Positions 36,762 to 49,085 of a stretch of 64,000 bases of DNA are shown piece by piece. The notes beneath the pieces were generated by a model, which was given only the letters and a program-made list of their open reading frames with translations, was not told the DNA's origin and ran no database searches. The first letter of the stretch is position 1. Each line of letters opens with the position of its first letter. Made by a program: the position numbers and the translations under genes. The DNA comes from Lama glama (lineage: Eukaryota), in assembly GCA_028534125.1 (NCBI GenBank), contig CM052832.1, positions 24,678,001-24,742,000 on the forward strand, given 5' to 3'.

Positions 36762-39290
36762 AAAACAGCATTGTTGAGATACAATTCACATACCACACAA
36801 TTCAGCCATTTGAAGTGTACAATTCAATGGCGTTTAGTATATTCACAGTTATGTGTCTATCATCACAATCAGTTTCAAAATATTTTTATGACCCTAAGAA
36901 GAAATCCCCTACACTCCTTAGCCATCACTCCCCATCCCGCCCCATCCCATCCCTGCTAGTCCTAGGCAATCCATAATCTACTTTCTGTCTCTATACATTA
37001 GCCTATTTTGGGCATTTCATATAAATGGAATCATATATAATGTGGTCCTTGGTTACTGGGTTCTTTCACTCAGCATATTGTTTTCAAGGATCATCCATAT
37101 TTTAGTATGTGTCAGTACCTCACTTCTTTTTATGGCTGAAAAATATTCCATTATATGGAAATACTGTATTGTGTTTATTTACTTGGCCATTGTGATGGTT
37201 AATTTTTTTGTCAACTTGACTGAGCTAAGGGATGCCAGAGAGCTGGTAAGATGTTATTTCTCTGTGTATTAGTGAAGGTGTTTCCAGGATTTGCATTTGA
37301 ATCAGTAGACTTGAGTAAAGAAGATTTGTCCACACCAGTGTGGGCAGACATCATTTAATCTGTTGAAAGGCCAAACAGAGCAGAAAGGCAAAGGGAGGAC
37401 AAATTTTCTCTCTCTGTTCCTGAGTTAAGACGTACTTCCTCTCTTGCCCTTGGACATCAGAGCTCCTGGTTCTCAGGACTTCGGGTCTGGGGCTTATGCC
37501 AGCAGCCCCCTCCTTCTCAGGCCTTTGGCCCCGGCTGAATTAACTATTAGCTTTCCAGGTTCTCCAGCCTGCAGACGGCAGACTGTGGGGCTTTTTGGCC
37601 TCCATAACCATGAGAGACAATTCCTATAATAAATCTCCTCTTAAATATACACTTAAATATATCCTATTGGTTCTGTTCTCTTCAAAACCCTTGTACATCT
37701 ACTGTTGGACGTTTAGGCGGTTTCACTTTTAACTATTATGAACAATGTTGCTTTGAATGTCAGTGTCTAAATGTTTACATGGACATACGTTTTCATTTCT
37801 CTTGGGTATATATGTAGGAATGGAGTTGCTGGGTCATATGATAATTATGTTTAACATTTTATGAACTGACAGACTGTTTCCCAAAGCAGTCGCACCATTT
37901 ATATTCTAACCAATAGTGTATGAGGGTTCCATTTTTTTTCTACTTTCTTGCCAAAACTTGTGATTTTCTGCTTTTTTCTTTTTAAATTATAGCCATCTCA
38001 GTGGGTGTTAATTGGTATCTAACTATAGCTTTGATTTGCATTTTCTGATTGCTAGTTATGTTTAGCATCATCTGCTTGTTGGCCATTTGTGTATCTTCTT
38101 TGGAGAAATGTCTGTTCGGATATTTTGTCCACTTTTAAAATGGGTTATTTGTCTTTTTGTTGTTGAGTTGCAATAGTTCTTTATATATTATAGATACAAA
38201 TCTCTTACACAGACGATTTGCAAAAATTTTCTCTCATTCTGTGGGTTTGTTTTTCACTTTCTTGATAGTATCCTTTGGAACACAGAAGTTTCACAATTTA
38301 ATTATGCCCAGTTTATGTTTTCTTTAATTGCTTATACTTTTGGTGTCATATTCAAGAAACCATTGCCTAACTCAAGGTCACAAAAAGTTACACCTATGTT
38401 TTCCTCCAAAGGTTTTACATTTTAGCTATTACATAGGTTCTGATCCATTCTGATTTGTATATGGCATGTGAGAGGGTCCAAATTCTTGTTTTAAGTTTAA
38501 AATTTTTTGCATATGTCTATCCATTGTCCCAGCACCGTATGTTGAAAAACTATTCTTTCCTCACTGAATGGTCTTGGCATCCTTGCTGAACGTCAATTGA
38601 CTGTAAATGTAAGAGTTTATTTCTGGACTCTCAAATCTATCTTATCGATCTATGTCTGTCCTTATGCCAGTACCACACTGTCTTGGCTACTGTAGCTTTT
38701 CAATAAGTGCTGAAGCTGGGAAGTGTGACTCCTCCAACTTTGTTCTTTTTCTTTTTCAAGATTATTTTGGTTGTTCTGGACCCCTTCAATCGCAATATAA
38801 ATTTTGGGGATACCTTGTTGATTTCTGAAAAGAAGTCAGCTGGGATTTTGATAGAGATTGCATTGAATCCGTAGATTGATTTGGGTAGTATAGCCATCTT
38901 AACAATACTAAGGCTTTTGATCCATGAACATGGGGTATCTTTCCACTTTTTTAGGTCTTATTTAATGTCTTTCAACAATGTGTGTAGTTTTCAAAGTATA
39001 CTGGTTCTGTCCTTTTTTGGTTAAATTTTTATTCCTAAGTATTTTATTACTTTAATGTTATTAAAAATGAAATTCATTTCTTAATTTCACTTTTGGTTTG
39101 CTCATTGCTACTGCATAGAAAGACAACTGATTTTTGCATAACCTTGCTGAACTCACTTATTAATCCTAACAGTTCTTTAGTGGATTCCTTAGGATTTTCT
39201 ATAACTAAGATGAGGCCGTCTGAAAATAGGCATAGTTTAATTTCTTCCTCTCTAACCTGGATTCCTTTATTTCATTCTGGCTAAGGGCAT
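36762..39290 (-). mobile_element. L1MB-like element (3' UTR and ORF2 C-terminal part), interrupted by an MLT2 LTR
   Basis: L1MB 3' end at 36762, then continuous L1 motifs (ttggccatttgtgtatcttctttggagaaatgtctgttc; tcccagcacc; tatgccagtaccacactgtcttg). ORF 38700-38897 ([19 protein letters not shown]) is an L1 ORF2p remnant. Confidence 0.93.
37191..37697 (+). mobile_element. ERVL solo LTR (MLT2-type) nested in L1
   Basis: Starts tgtgatggttaattttt...gtcaacttgact, contains tgcccttggacatcagagctcctggttctcagg and caattcctataataaatctc, and ends cctattggttctgtt...aaccc...taca. Confidence 0.9.
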
Positions 39291-42200
39291 TTGTATCTCA
39301 ACTGTCTAAGGAGCTGAACTTCTGTTATCAGCCATCACAGGAGGATGAATTAGGTACCCTGGTACCTTTAGCCAGCCAGTTAATGCTTAATATTCAGCCC
39401 ACCACCCACATGGAGAGATACACACGTCCCTGAGTATATTTCAAAACAAGTCTCCGGCACTAATCAGGCGTGTGCTTGGACAGTTTATGACAGTGTTCCC
39501 AGGTTGAGTGTTGGGATATCAGGGAAGAAAGAGAAGAGGAACAGCTTTGGATGTGGAACCCTTTCTGTGAGGGCTAATGCCCTTAGGATCTCAGCCAGAG
39601 AGGGATACGGAAGAGCTCACCGAGGAAGAGGTGGGGACCCACATACACAGAGAACCACAGCCACAGCCTGGACAAACCGCCCAGCTCCTGCCCACCTTCC
39701 ACACTGCCCGTTACAGGTTGAAATAGAAAAGAAAAGAAAATCACTGCTCTTTCAGTCTACCAACCAAGGAAGCTCTTTTCCTCTCGGACTTGGAATTGAC
39801 AAATTCTGTAAGCCGTCCTAATTAATGAGACAGCTCCAAGTCAGGCATGTTTTTCTGATGCTTTCAAGCATTCTGTGCCTCTAGCACTTCTCTGATTGGC
39901 TGGGCTCGGGAAGCTATCCAAAGAGATCTCTGAGTTTGTGCATGTTTGTGGTGGCTCTTTGCTGTGAGGTGGAAACAGACCCTGCTCCCTTGTTGGGGGC
40001 AACATGGCGGCCCCCATGACTTCAGAAAACAAGATGAAATAAACATCTTGGTTCATGGGCCAACTGTGCAAAGCAGGCTTTGTAGGGGGGACTGCAAAGG
40101 TGGAAGAGCTATTCAAAGGTTGCCAGGGCTGGAGAATAAACTGGCTTTGATGAGGCTTATGGACACGATCCAGTTTTTTGCAAAATCCATGCCCAACCTC
40201 CCTGAAGTGCACCATTGAGAAAACGGCTTGAAAATAGGTTGAATGACATGGGGAGCAACATCGGTAGAATAGCTTTAATGAGCCAAAAAATGTGGTTTCA
40301 AATGCCCCTCTGAGTGCCACTGCCTCGCTTTGCCAGCAGATGTAAAATCTGTCCACTGGGCCAAACTCAGAGAGCCACGAAGTGGTACTTCTGCAAACTC
40401 TAAGCCAGTGAGTTGCATTCACATTCAAGTCCAGAAAATCTACTCATCTGAGGAAAGATGTGTCTGTGCTGAAGGGGAATTGTTTATAGTCCTGAATGCC
40501 TGGTAGGCTGAGGGAGCAGGGTGTGTGCAGAAGGAAATCTCTCGGATCTCCTGCAGAGAGAGGTTTTGGCTGTGCTTGACTGTTGGCTCCCAGAAAGGAG
40601 AGGGGGTTGTTTACTGTACAGTCAGATCCTGGTTATTCAGGGGCCAATTGTCCATTTCATGGGTTCACTGGCCTTGGGCCTCTCTTCCCTTTTAAAGTTT
40701 TCCTGACTTGTGGTGATGTTGCTGCTCAGGGGATCCCAAACAGTAGAAAGAATGAAAAGAGGATAAAAGAAGTTTTGCCAAGTGTGGGCAAGTCCTGCTA
40801 ACAATCTGATCAGGAAAAGGGAGCAAACGGTGTGGTTAAAATTGAACCTGGGGCTGGTTGGGAGCATTTTCCTCTCTGTTCTCTACGTGTGGTGTCTTGT
40901 GCCCCTACTGCCGTTCGGACTCTGCAGCAGATTTACCGGGGAAAGAAAGTTCTGGAAGGCAATGCTCATGAAGTGAAGACAGGGAGAGAGAGAAGCCAGT
41001 TGGGCTCACAGTAAGGAATGTTGACAGCAGAGAGAGTCAAGCAAAAAAAAAGGGGCCCGAAGAAACATCTGGGCTCTGACTAGGCTTGGCTTCCAGCTAA
41101 GGATTTGTCATCAGGAGGATGCCAGCTCTATCCAGCTCTTAGACACCAAATGATCAGACACTTGGTAATCGTGACTTGAGGGGGTCAGTAACAAATGCCC
41201 AGAGGGCAGAAGCAAAAATACAGATCTGTGAGGACATCTGGTGAGGCCAAACCCCAAGAAAGTCATGGAAATGGAAAATGAACATATTACTCCACAGGAG
41301 AAGTTGCATGAACAACTGGGAAGGAAAGTGGGGTGACCTTTCATAAAATTAGTGGCAGAGGAGACTTACGACATAAAAAAAAACTTTAATAAAGATTTCT
41401 TAGAAGGAACTAACTCTTTTATGTTAATACACTGAAGGCTTAGGACTGATTAATGTCATTACTTTGAAATGTAATCTCTTCATTAACCTCTCTCACTTTC
41501 CTTTATTAGTGACCATTTATATTTTTAATTTATATGATGCATGTAATAAAATGATTGCAGTTATACTTTAAATTTGTAATTAGGATTTTTAAATAATTCA
41601 AACCGAGCTTTTCAAAGAGGGCTATCCTGCTCTGTCGCTCTTGTCCTTTCTTCTAATCTCACTGCTTAACTCACAATGAAAGAGTTTTTATTGCAATTGA
41701 AACAGAGCAAGAATTACATTTCAGTCTTAAGTCTTTAACCATGCTCATGATTTTTCCCCCTTGTTATCAAATTTAAGAAAGTTCAAGGCTTTTGGTTCAA
41801 AGATCTATTTTTTTTTACTGGTGAGATTGACAGAAGCACCCACCAAAGACAAACTTTGTTGTCAACTACAATAACTGATCCTAAGAGCTTTCTCCACCCC
41901 TCACTTCTAGGACGTTGCAGGAAAAACTAGTTTGACAACAATAATGGTCCTTAAACTTCTTTCATCTCAGTTGACTTTGAGAGTCTAATAAAATTCATGA
42001 AACTTCTTCCCATGAAAAAGTCCACATGAACACAAAATCCCCAAAGCTGTTCTACTCCGGTTAGTCTTCTGAAGCAAAACCGTGGTTCTATAGTTACATC
42101 TTTGGGAGATGAGCTTTAAGGAGGAGTTGGAAAAGTTTCCCTTTATTATCCACATCAAGAAATGAAGGATTACCAAAAAATCAGGAAAGGAAGGCAGTGG

Positions 42201-43233
42201 GGGATCTCAAAGGAAACAGAAGTGTAAAAAGTGAAAATAAGCAAAATGATAGAAGAAAATGCAGGAGAAGATTATGGGAAACCTCCGACAGCAGCGCTAG
42301 GTGGGAGTTTATTCTGTCCTAACTTCAGCCCCACCCAGGGAAGGGAGGACTGAGAGTAAAGTGGTCTGCAGAACTGCTTTTTGGAAACAGTGCAACGATG
42401 CCAACAACAATTTGAAGCAAGCAAGTGAAAGGACGGCTGGGAGGTGACAGTCTGAATTTAAAAGACCCCAGCAGGAGATGCTCTGTGACAGAATCAGACT
42501 TGACAGGCAGAGGCGTTTACCTCTGCTGTCATCTCTAAACAGAAATCTCAGACAACATATTGAGTATGCTCTTGAGATGCTGCCGTGTGTCAAAGGAAGA
42601 GCAGACATATGTTTGAGCCACAAGGGAGAACCTACCCTGAGTGGTCAAGATGACTCAGATTTCTTGCCTATTCCTGATAAAACAAGGGCAGCCCTCCCTT
42701 GCTAAGGAATGGCTTGCTTAAATACAAGCTGACTGAATATGCTTTGGGAGGCTACTGTATTTAGTGTACCTTGGGGTCTTGCCACAAAGCTGGTGCTGGT
42801 CTAGGAGTAACCTATATTAAAGGGATTTGGTAAAGACATGTCTAGTCAAGCAGTTTGAAACTGATAGGTTTGTGTTGAGGAGTCTGTTACTTGATGTTTC
42901 CTAAAATAACAGCAAATGAATCAAGAGCTCCTGGCAGTTGTGCCTTGCTGCAAGTACCGTGTGTTGCTGCAAGTGGTGGAGATAAAATTCACAGAAACAT
43001 GATTATGAGCTTTCAGTGACAACACTGTTTCACATTTCTCTGTGATTGATACTTGTCTTGATCAAGAATAGAAAATGTTATGTAGATATTATTCAAAATG
43101 TCTGATCAGAAATGTAGCCAACATGGCCGTATAGATTTATTCCCTTTTCTTCCAAACACACAGCATAACATATAAAATAGGAAAACAGAACATTTTAAAT
43201 ACATAAATATAGAAAACAAAACTAGGAAGACAT

Positions 43234-43625
43234 TGTGCATTGTTAATGCTCGCTGCTGTAACAGACCATCTCTGAAATCTCAGTGGTATAATAAGAGATA
43301 GTTTCTCACTCACGTAAATTTTGACCAGATGTCCAGAGGCTGCCTTCCATGCAGTGACTTAGGGGCCCAAGCTCCTTCAACTCTGTAATTCTCTCATCCC
43401 TTAAGAGTCCTTCACGTCAAAAAAAGCAAGCATGGAACATGACATGGAATTTTTTTTTTTGAGACAGGCCCAGAAATGTCATGTATCACTTCTGCCCACA
43501 TTCCTTAACCATCACTCAGTCATATGGCCATACCTAATTGCAAAGGAGGTTATAAATGTCATCTAGTTTCCTGCCCTGGAAATAGAGGAAACAGATTTTA
43601 GTAAACACAAAAATGTCTGCCGACA
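43234..43625 (-). mobile_element. MaLR LTR (MLT1J-like)
   Basis: gctgctgtaaca...aaatctcagtgg...atcacttctgcccacattcc...ctcagtcatatggccatacctaattgcaaaggagg...agaggaaacag...tctgccgaca. Confidence 0.75.
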
Positions 43626-44504
43626 GAGTCAGACAACTTTATGGTCCAAACACCTCCATGGGGATACATGTCTCCATAAGCCAATGGCAAAACAAAACCA
43701 CAAAACAATAAGCAGGAATTAAAGTCACTGGCCACTGCACTACAGAAATGCAAGCATAAAGGGTGGCAAAAAGATTCAGCTTCTGGAGAATGAACAGTGC
43801 TAACAGTGCTTCACATGAATTGAGAGTCTGGGAATAGTCTCACTGCTTGAGTCTCTGATTCAAGAAAAAAATATGTTGAAAATGCTGTCTGATAGAACTA
43901 TGCATAAAATACTGCCTAGCTGGGGAGGTAGATGGACATAGACACAGCCTCTTGATCAGCAACTGAGGAAAGTTTCCATTCGTATCTGTGATTTCACCAT
44001 TATCATCAAAGGGCAGAAGAGGCCCACTCAGACTTTGTAATGATAGAGGCAACTGCATACCCTACAGACAGGGAGGGGTCAGCATAGAAATGATATGGGG
44101 AACTAGTCTAAGACAAAGATTATCCTACAAACCTCAATTCCAAAACACATCAAGGAATACAATCACTGAGCCAACAAAAACCATGACGACGACAAAAACA
44201 GCTTGCAAAAGTAAAAATCAGAAGACAAACTGATTCTGGACAAACTTGTAAAGAGCATTCTGAAAAGGACTTAAAAATAGTTATGCTTGGAATGCTCAGA
44301 GAGATGAGGAAATCATATCTTGAAGCAGAACAGGAGAACTTCAGTGCTCAGCCCATCTCTGATAACTAGGGACCTGTTCATGCTCTCTTTTCCTAGGTGG
44401 CAAAGAAGGCCAGGGAGATGATACTATACCCAGTTTAGCGTTAACAGAGTCAAAACAAGGATCAAGTTCTGAGGACTCTTCATCTGTGGTTCAGTCCATC
44501 ACAC

Positions 44505-44766
44505 CAGTGTTGGCTAAAACATGTTCTGTGGAACATTAGTCCCACAAAAGGCTATATGAAAAAGAATTCTATGGACCAAATAAGCTGGGAAACCTCACAC
44601 AGCATATCCTCTTGGAGAATTACATTAACATCTTTAAAATTCTGAGTAGTGAAGAAACCTGTTTAATTTGGTGTTTTCTAATATAATCGCAGAACCTGTG
44701 ACGTGAAGGACATCTATCAACATCCTCAGAACTAATGTTCCAAAGAAGGTACTTTAAGAAACATTG
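44505..44766. mobile_element. hAT-Charlie MITE (MER112-like)
   Basis: Inverted ends cagtgtt...tgttctgtggaacattagt / actaatgttcc...gaaacattg. Confidence 0.6.
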
Positions 44767-44839
44767 CATTATATCATATAGCCAAATAAATAAATAAACT
44801 TCCAATTTTAGATGTATGAACCACCTTAAAAACATGCTT

Positions 44840-46060
44840 TTAACATGAAATATGTCAACCATATGCAAAAGTAGTATTAATGATATAGTGAATTCCATGA
44901 ACTTATCACCTGACTCAATAATTGTCATTAGCTATCCTTTTTCTTTGTATCACCCCCCATTTCTCCAACCGCTTGCAAGTATTTTGAATAATCGTAGACA
45001 TATGTCATCTGAAAGTTAGTTTCAGTGTGTGTATCTCTGAAGACAAGGACTCTTTTGAAACATAATTACAATACCATCATATCCTAAAAACTGCAACTAT
45101 AATCCCTCAATATCAGTGTTCCTATTTTCCTAATTGTTTGTAAATGTTCTAATTTTAGTTTGTTTTGCTGTATTTTGTTTTCCAGTTTGTTTGAAATAGG
45201 ATCCCAAAAGGTGTATATATTACCATTGGTTAATAATAATTTCTTAAATCTGTTTTAATGTCAAAATTCTCCCTCCTTACACTTCTGCTCTTGCTATTGT
45301 TTAAAAAAACAAAACAAACAAACAAAAAACAACTGGGTCCTGAGTTTCCTCCAGCCCGGATTACATCCCCATGGTGTCTCTTAGTATGTTCCTCTGTCCT
45401 CTGTGTTTTCTGTAAGATACAGTGGCTTAAAGAGATGCTGGTTTGGTTTCTTTGGCAAGACTATCATATAGGTAGGGTGGAATACTTCCACTATATAATG
45501 TCCCTTTCTTGGTGTTATCAGCCATGGTTGATCACTGCCTGGAAACACTAATTCGTTAGGAGTTTCAAACTGTGTTATTTCTATCATTCCTACTTCATTT
45601 ATTAGCTAGATTACTTCTGTAAAAGGAAACTTCCTCTATTAAATACTTGGTTACATTGAGATACATTTCCTATAGTAAAGGCAAGGAAAACAAGCTTGAT
45701 TCTTTCTACTGACAAGTTTTCCAAGTAGTGCATTAGTTCCTTTGAGCCTTTAAAGAATCAGTATGTTACTGTTTTGTTATTATGAACCACTGGATTTAGC
45801 CATATTCTATGTGTTTAACTTCTTTTTAATTTATCACACTTACTGGTGTTCAAATGTGTCCCTCTTCCCAATGCTCCCGAATCTTTTTGACACAATCCAA
45901 ATAGCTTTTGATATATTTCCGTTTTTTTGGTATGACAAGGTGTACTAAGTTCTTCTTGTACATTTCCAGTGCCAGACCTGGAATGAGTCATTTCTTCTAG
46001 GTGCCCCGGTTTTATTTTGTTTTGTTTTTTAACTGAGAGATGGTATTTAGAAAACACTAT
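44840..46060 (-). mobile_element. Old L1 (L1MC/L1ME) 3' region
   Basis: aaacataattacaataccatcat...ttttctatcattcctacttcatttattagct...cttgtacatttcc...cagacctggaatgagtcatttct...tggtatttagaaa. Confidence 0.7.
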
Positions 46061-46149
46061 ATAAATGTGACCTTTAGGAGCTTAATATACATAAAATCTC
46101 CTAGAGCTTCAGTGAAATGTTTTATATAACAAAAGAGAAAGACATTTAT

Positions 46150-46320
46150 TTAGAACTTGGTCAATTTACTCTCTGAACCCATGTCCTCATTTGTAAAACG
46201 CAGACTATAATAATCCTTACTCATAGGTTTGTGGTACAGATTAAATAAGTCAATACATGTAAAGTATTTAGAATAGTGACAGTGACAGTGAGTACTTAGT
46301 AAATAAATGTTAATTGTGAT
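46150..46320 (+). mobile_element. MIR SINE
   Basis: ctctctgaacc...cctcatttgtaaaa...tcataggtttgtg...agattaaat...catgtaaagtatttagaatagtg. Confidence 0.7.
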
Positions 46321-47064
46321 TTAAACACCTAGCATTCGTTTTATACTTAGATTTCAGTATATGGTGATATATTTTAAGATCAAATTATTATTCTTTGACA
46401 ACTCACAGTTTCGTTGGATTATCTACGCTGACACCCCAAATTTCCCTGACCTAATTTGAGCAGTCCCACTCTTAGGCAGCAGGGTTTAATTAAAGAAGCC
46501 AGGAGAAAGAGCAACCAAGTCCAGAGTTATTTTCTGCTTCTTGGAAGGCCATCTGCTGCCATGACCCATTTCACAACATGTAAATTCATCAGCTGAGTGC
46601 AATTTCCCTTCAATCAGTGCCCCAGTAAATAGAATTACATTGCTAATTTTAAATTTCAAATGGTCCACACGGGTTAAAAAAAATGCCCATTCATCAGCCA
46701 GGGTTCTGCAATTAATTGAGAAAATAGAGGGTCCATCACATGTCAGGATTTTGACAGAAGTGGGAGACAGGTTGGTTTTCCCTCACCTCTTAGGCCACTG
46801 GCACACAGCAAACAGATAGTTCCAAATCTTCCCTCTAAAATAATTTGTTTTTGCTTTGATGCTTCAGTGAACGTGTAAGGGAATTTATCATCACAAACCT
46901 GGTCGTTTTAAGACTGGACTGATTTCTTTAAGGGGAATGGGTTAGTTGATCTTTGAATAAACTTTATGAAAAGCCCACATTGCAAATAAATTTGTGACAG
47001 TGAAAAGCTTTCAAAATAACATATGGCTTTCTTAGTGCCTCTGAAGAATATCAGTGTGTTGTTG

Positions 47065-47375
47065 GGCTGGAAATTGACATAAGATTGTAGATTAAAGTAT
47101 TATGTCAATATTAAATTTCCTGAATTTGGTAACTGCTTTGGTCTTGGAAAAGGCACACTGAACTATTAAGGGGTAAAGGGACACGATGTCTGCAGAGTGC
47201 TCCCAAACGGTTCAGAGAAAACCGACCTGTGTGTGTGCAGAGAGAGAGGGAGAGTGTGTGCGTGCACCATGTTCAGTGTGGCAGGTGACAGAAACTGGTA
47301 AAAGCTGGTGAACTGGGGTAAAGGGTAGAGGGAAATTCTGTACACTTAAAATTATTTCAAAATAAAATGTTTTAA
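47065..47375 (+). mobile_element. L1ME-type 3' end
   Basis: atgtcaatattaaatttcctgaattt...attaaggggtaaaggg...atgtctgca...tcccaaacggttcaga...aattatttcaaaataaaa. Confidence 0.65.
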
Positions 47376-48184
47376 AATTAATTCATTTAAAAATTCTGTA
47401 AGTGAATTCACAAGCCCAGGCCAAAAAAAGTAAGAACATGAATCAAAAGTCAATAATCAACTCAAAAATTAATAATCAACCTATAGAGAAGTGGGTTAAG
47501 CACGAATATTTGAAAGTAACTATTTGAGCTAAGCACAAGGAAAAAACCAACAATGCAAGCTTTGATTCCCTCCTGATACCAATATTGTATTTACAAATTG
47601 TTCACCATATAATTCTTCCAAGACGATCCCACAGGCAACTCGAATTCAACAATCCTGAGGCATAAGACAGCTAAGGAAACATGAGCGCGGCACCTGCCTT
47701 CTGGTGATTAGGGGCCCTGATAGAGGTAATTAGGAACATGGCAGACAAGCTCCCGCAGCTTGTTAAGCAAGGCCGTGTTAAACAGACCAACATTTGAGAA
47801 AATACCGGACTAGATTACCTCTAGAATCTCTTTGAATTTCAAAGCGATTGATTTCATCAGCTGCTGTGTTAGTGATGTTATTTAACACAAAATGTGACAA
47901 GAGTCAGATAATAGAAGACTCTAAGTGACCCTGTCCACAGTTCCTCACCCCTCTAAGGAAACACAAGAAATGTATTTTCCTCCTACCAATGAGTCTTAAC
48001 TGTAATCCTCATGCAAACAAAACTACCCATGAAATTCTGAGTAGCTTAATAATCTGTAGACGAAGTATCTTTGGAATTCTGCAGTCGAGTTTGAGTGGGA
48101 GTGCTCATGAATTAACTCTCGAAAAGTTCATTCTGTAAGGAGACAAATAAATCCCCTGTTTAAACCAAATCACCAGTAAAGAGA

Positions 48185-48365
48185 ATGAGCTTTGGAGTCA
48201 CGGACGTGACTCAGTCTTCACCTCGGGTCTCCTTATCTCTGAAGTGAGGACAACTACACAGCAATATCTACTTTAAGGAGATTTCCCCTCAGGATTAAAC
48301 GAGACAGCATACAAAGTGCCTCGCCCAGCACTCAACACAAGGGAAACACTTAGTGACTGTTAATT
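48185..48365 (+). mobile_element. MIR SINE
   Basis: gctttggagtca...aggattaaacgagacagcatacaaagtgcctcgcccag. Confidence 0.6.
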
Positions 48366-48959
48366 CCCTTCCGTTCTTTCCCTGACAGCACCAGCAAAAC
48401 TCACCGTATTTTTTAAAGCAGCTCGTGCTCTTCTTTCTAGAATTCAGTGAGTCAGAAAGTAAGTTGGATCCTGATACAGTAGTTTAAAAATATTACAAGC
48501 ATTTCAAAACATTTGGTTCATTCTTTGATAAGTAATGAAGGTACATAGGGGTTTAGCTCTAGAGGTTGGTAAACACTTCAAGGATATTTAAAGGAAAGTA
48601 TTTCTATTCAAGGATGAGAAATATTTGGGCTTAATGGGAACATTTTAAAGGTCATAAAAGGAAGGCTATTTTCAGAGTATCTTCATCTGTTTCAAATGGA
48701 TTGAATTCATTAGCCCATTCTTGAACTTTCAACTAGTTATTCTGGGTTTCAGGTATTTCTTTAGGTCTAATATTCAGTTAGGCTTAGGCTTAATTTTGTT
48801 AAAATTTCTTCCACTAAACCAAGACACTAAAGCCACAGCCTGCCCAAGTGTCTACCAAAAGGGTAGGCCGATGGTACCTGGGTAGTTACCTTTTAGTATA
48901 AGAGGAAACACCCAGAACTATTTCCCCTGGACTCGGTGAGCAAATAGGTAAGGCAGGCT

Positions 48960-49085
48960 CAGTTTTAACCATGTTCTTGGAGACAGGGAATTTGTCATAT
49001 TTGTGTTTAATAAAATAAATGCTTGGCACATGGTAGGTCCTCGATAAATGTATCTCACATAAATGGATGAATAAATGAAATAAGA
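48960..49085 (+). mobile_element. L2 3' end
   Basis: tgcttggcacatggtaggtcctcgataaatg...aatggatgaataaatgaa. Confidence 0.6.

Noticed and set aside
39841..40428. Longest ORF in the track (195 aa, minus strand)
   Set aside because: It has a TTG start, no recognisable domain or protein-like composition, and a length plausible by chance in 64 kb.
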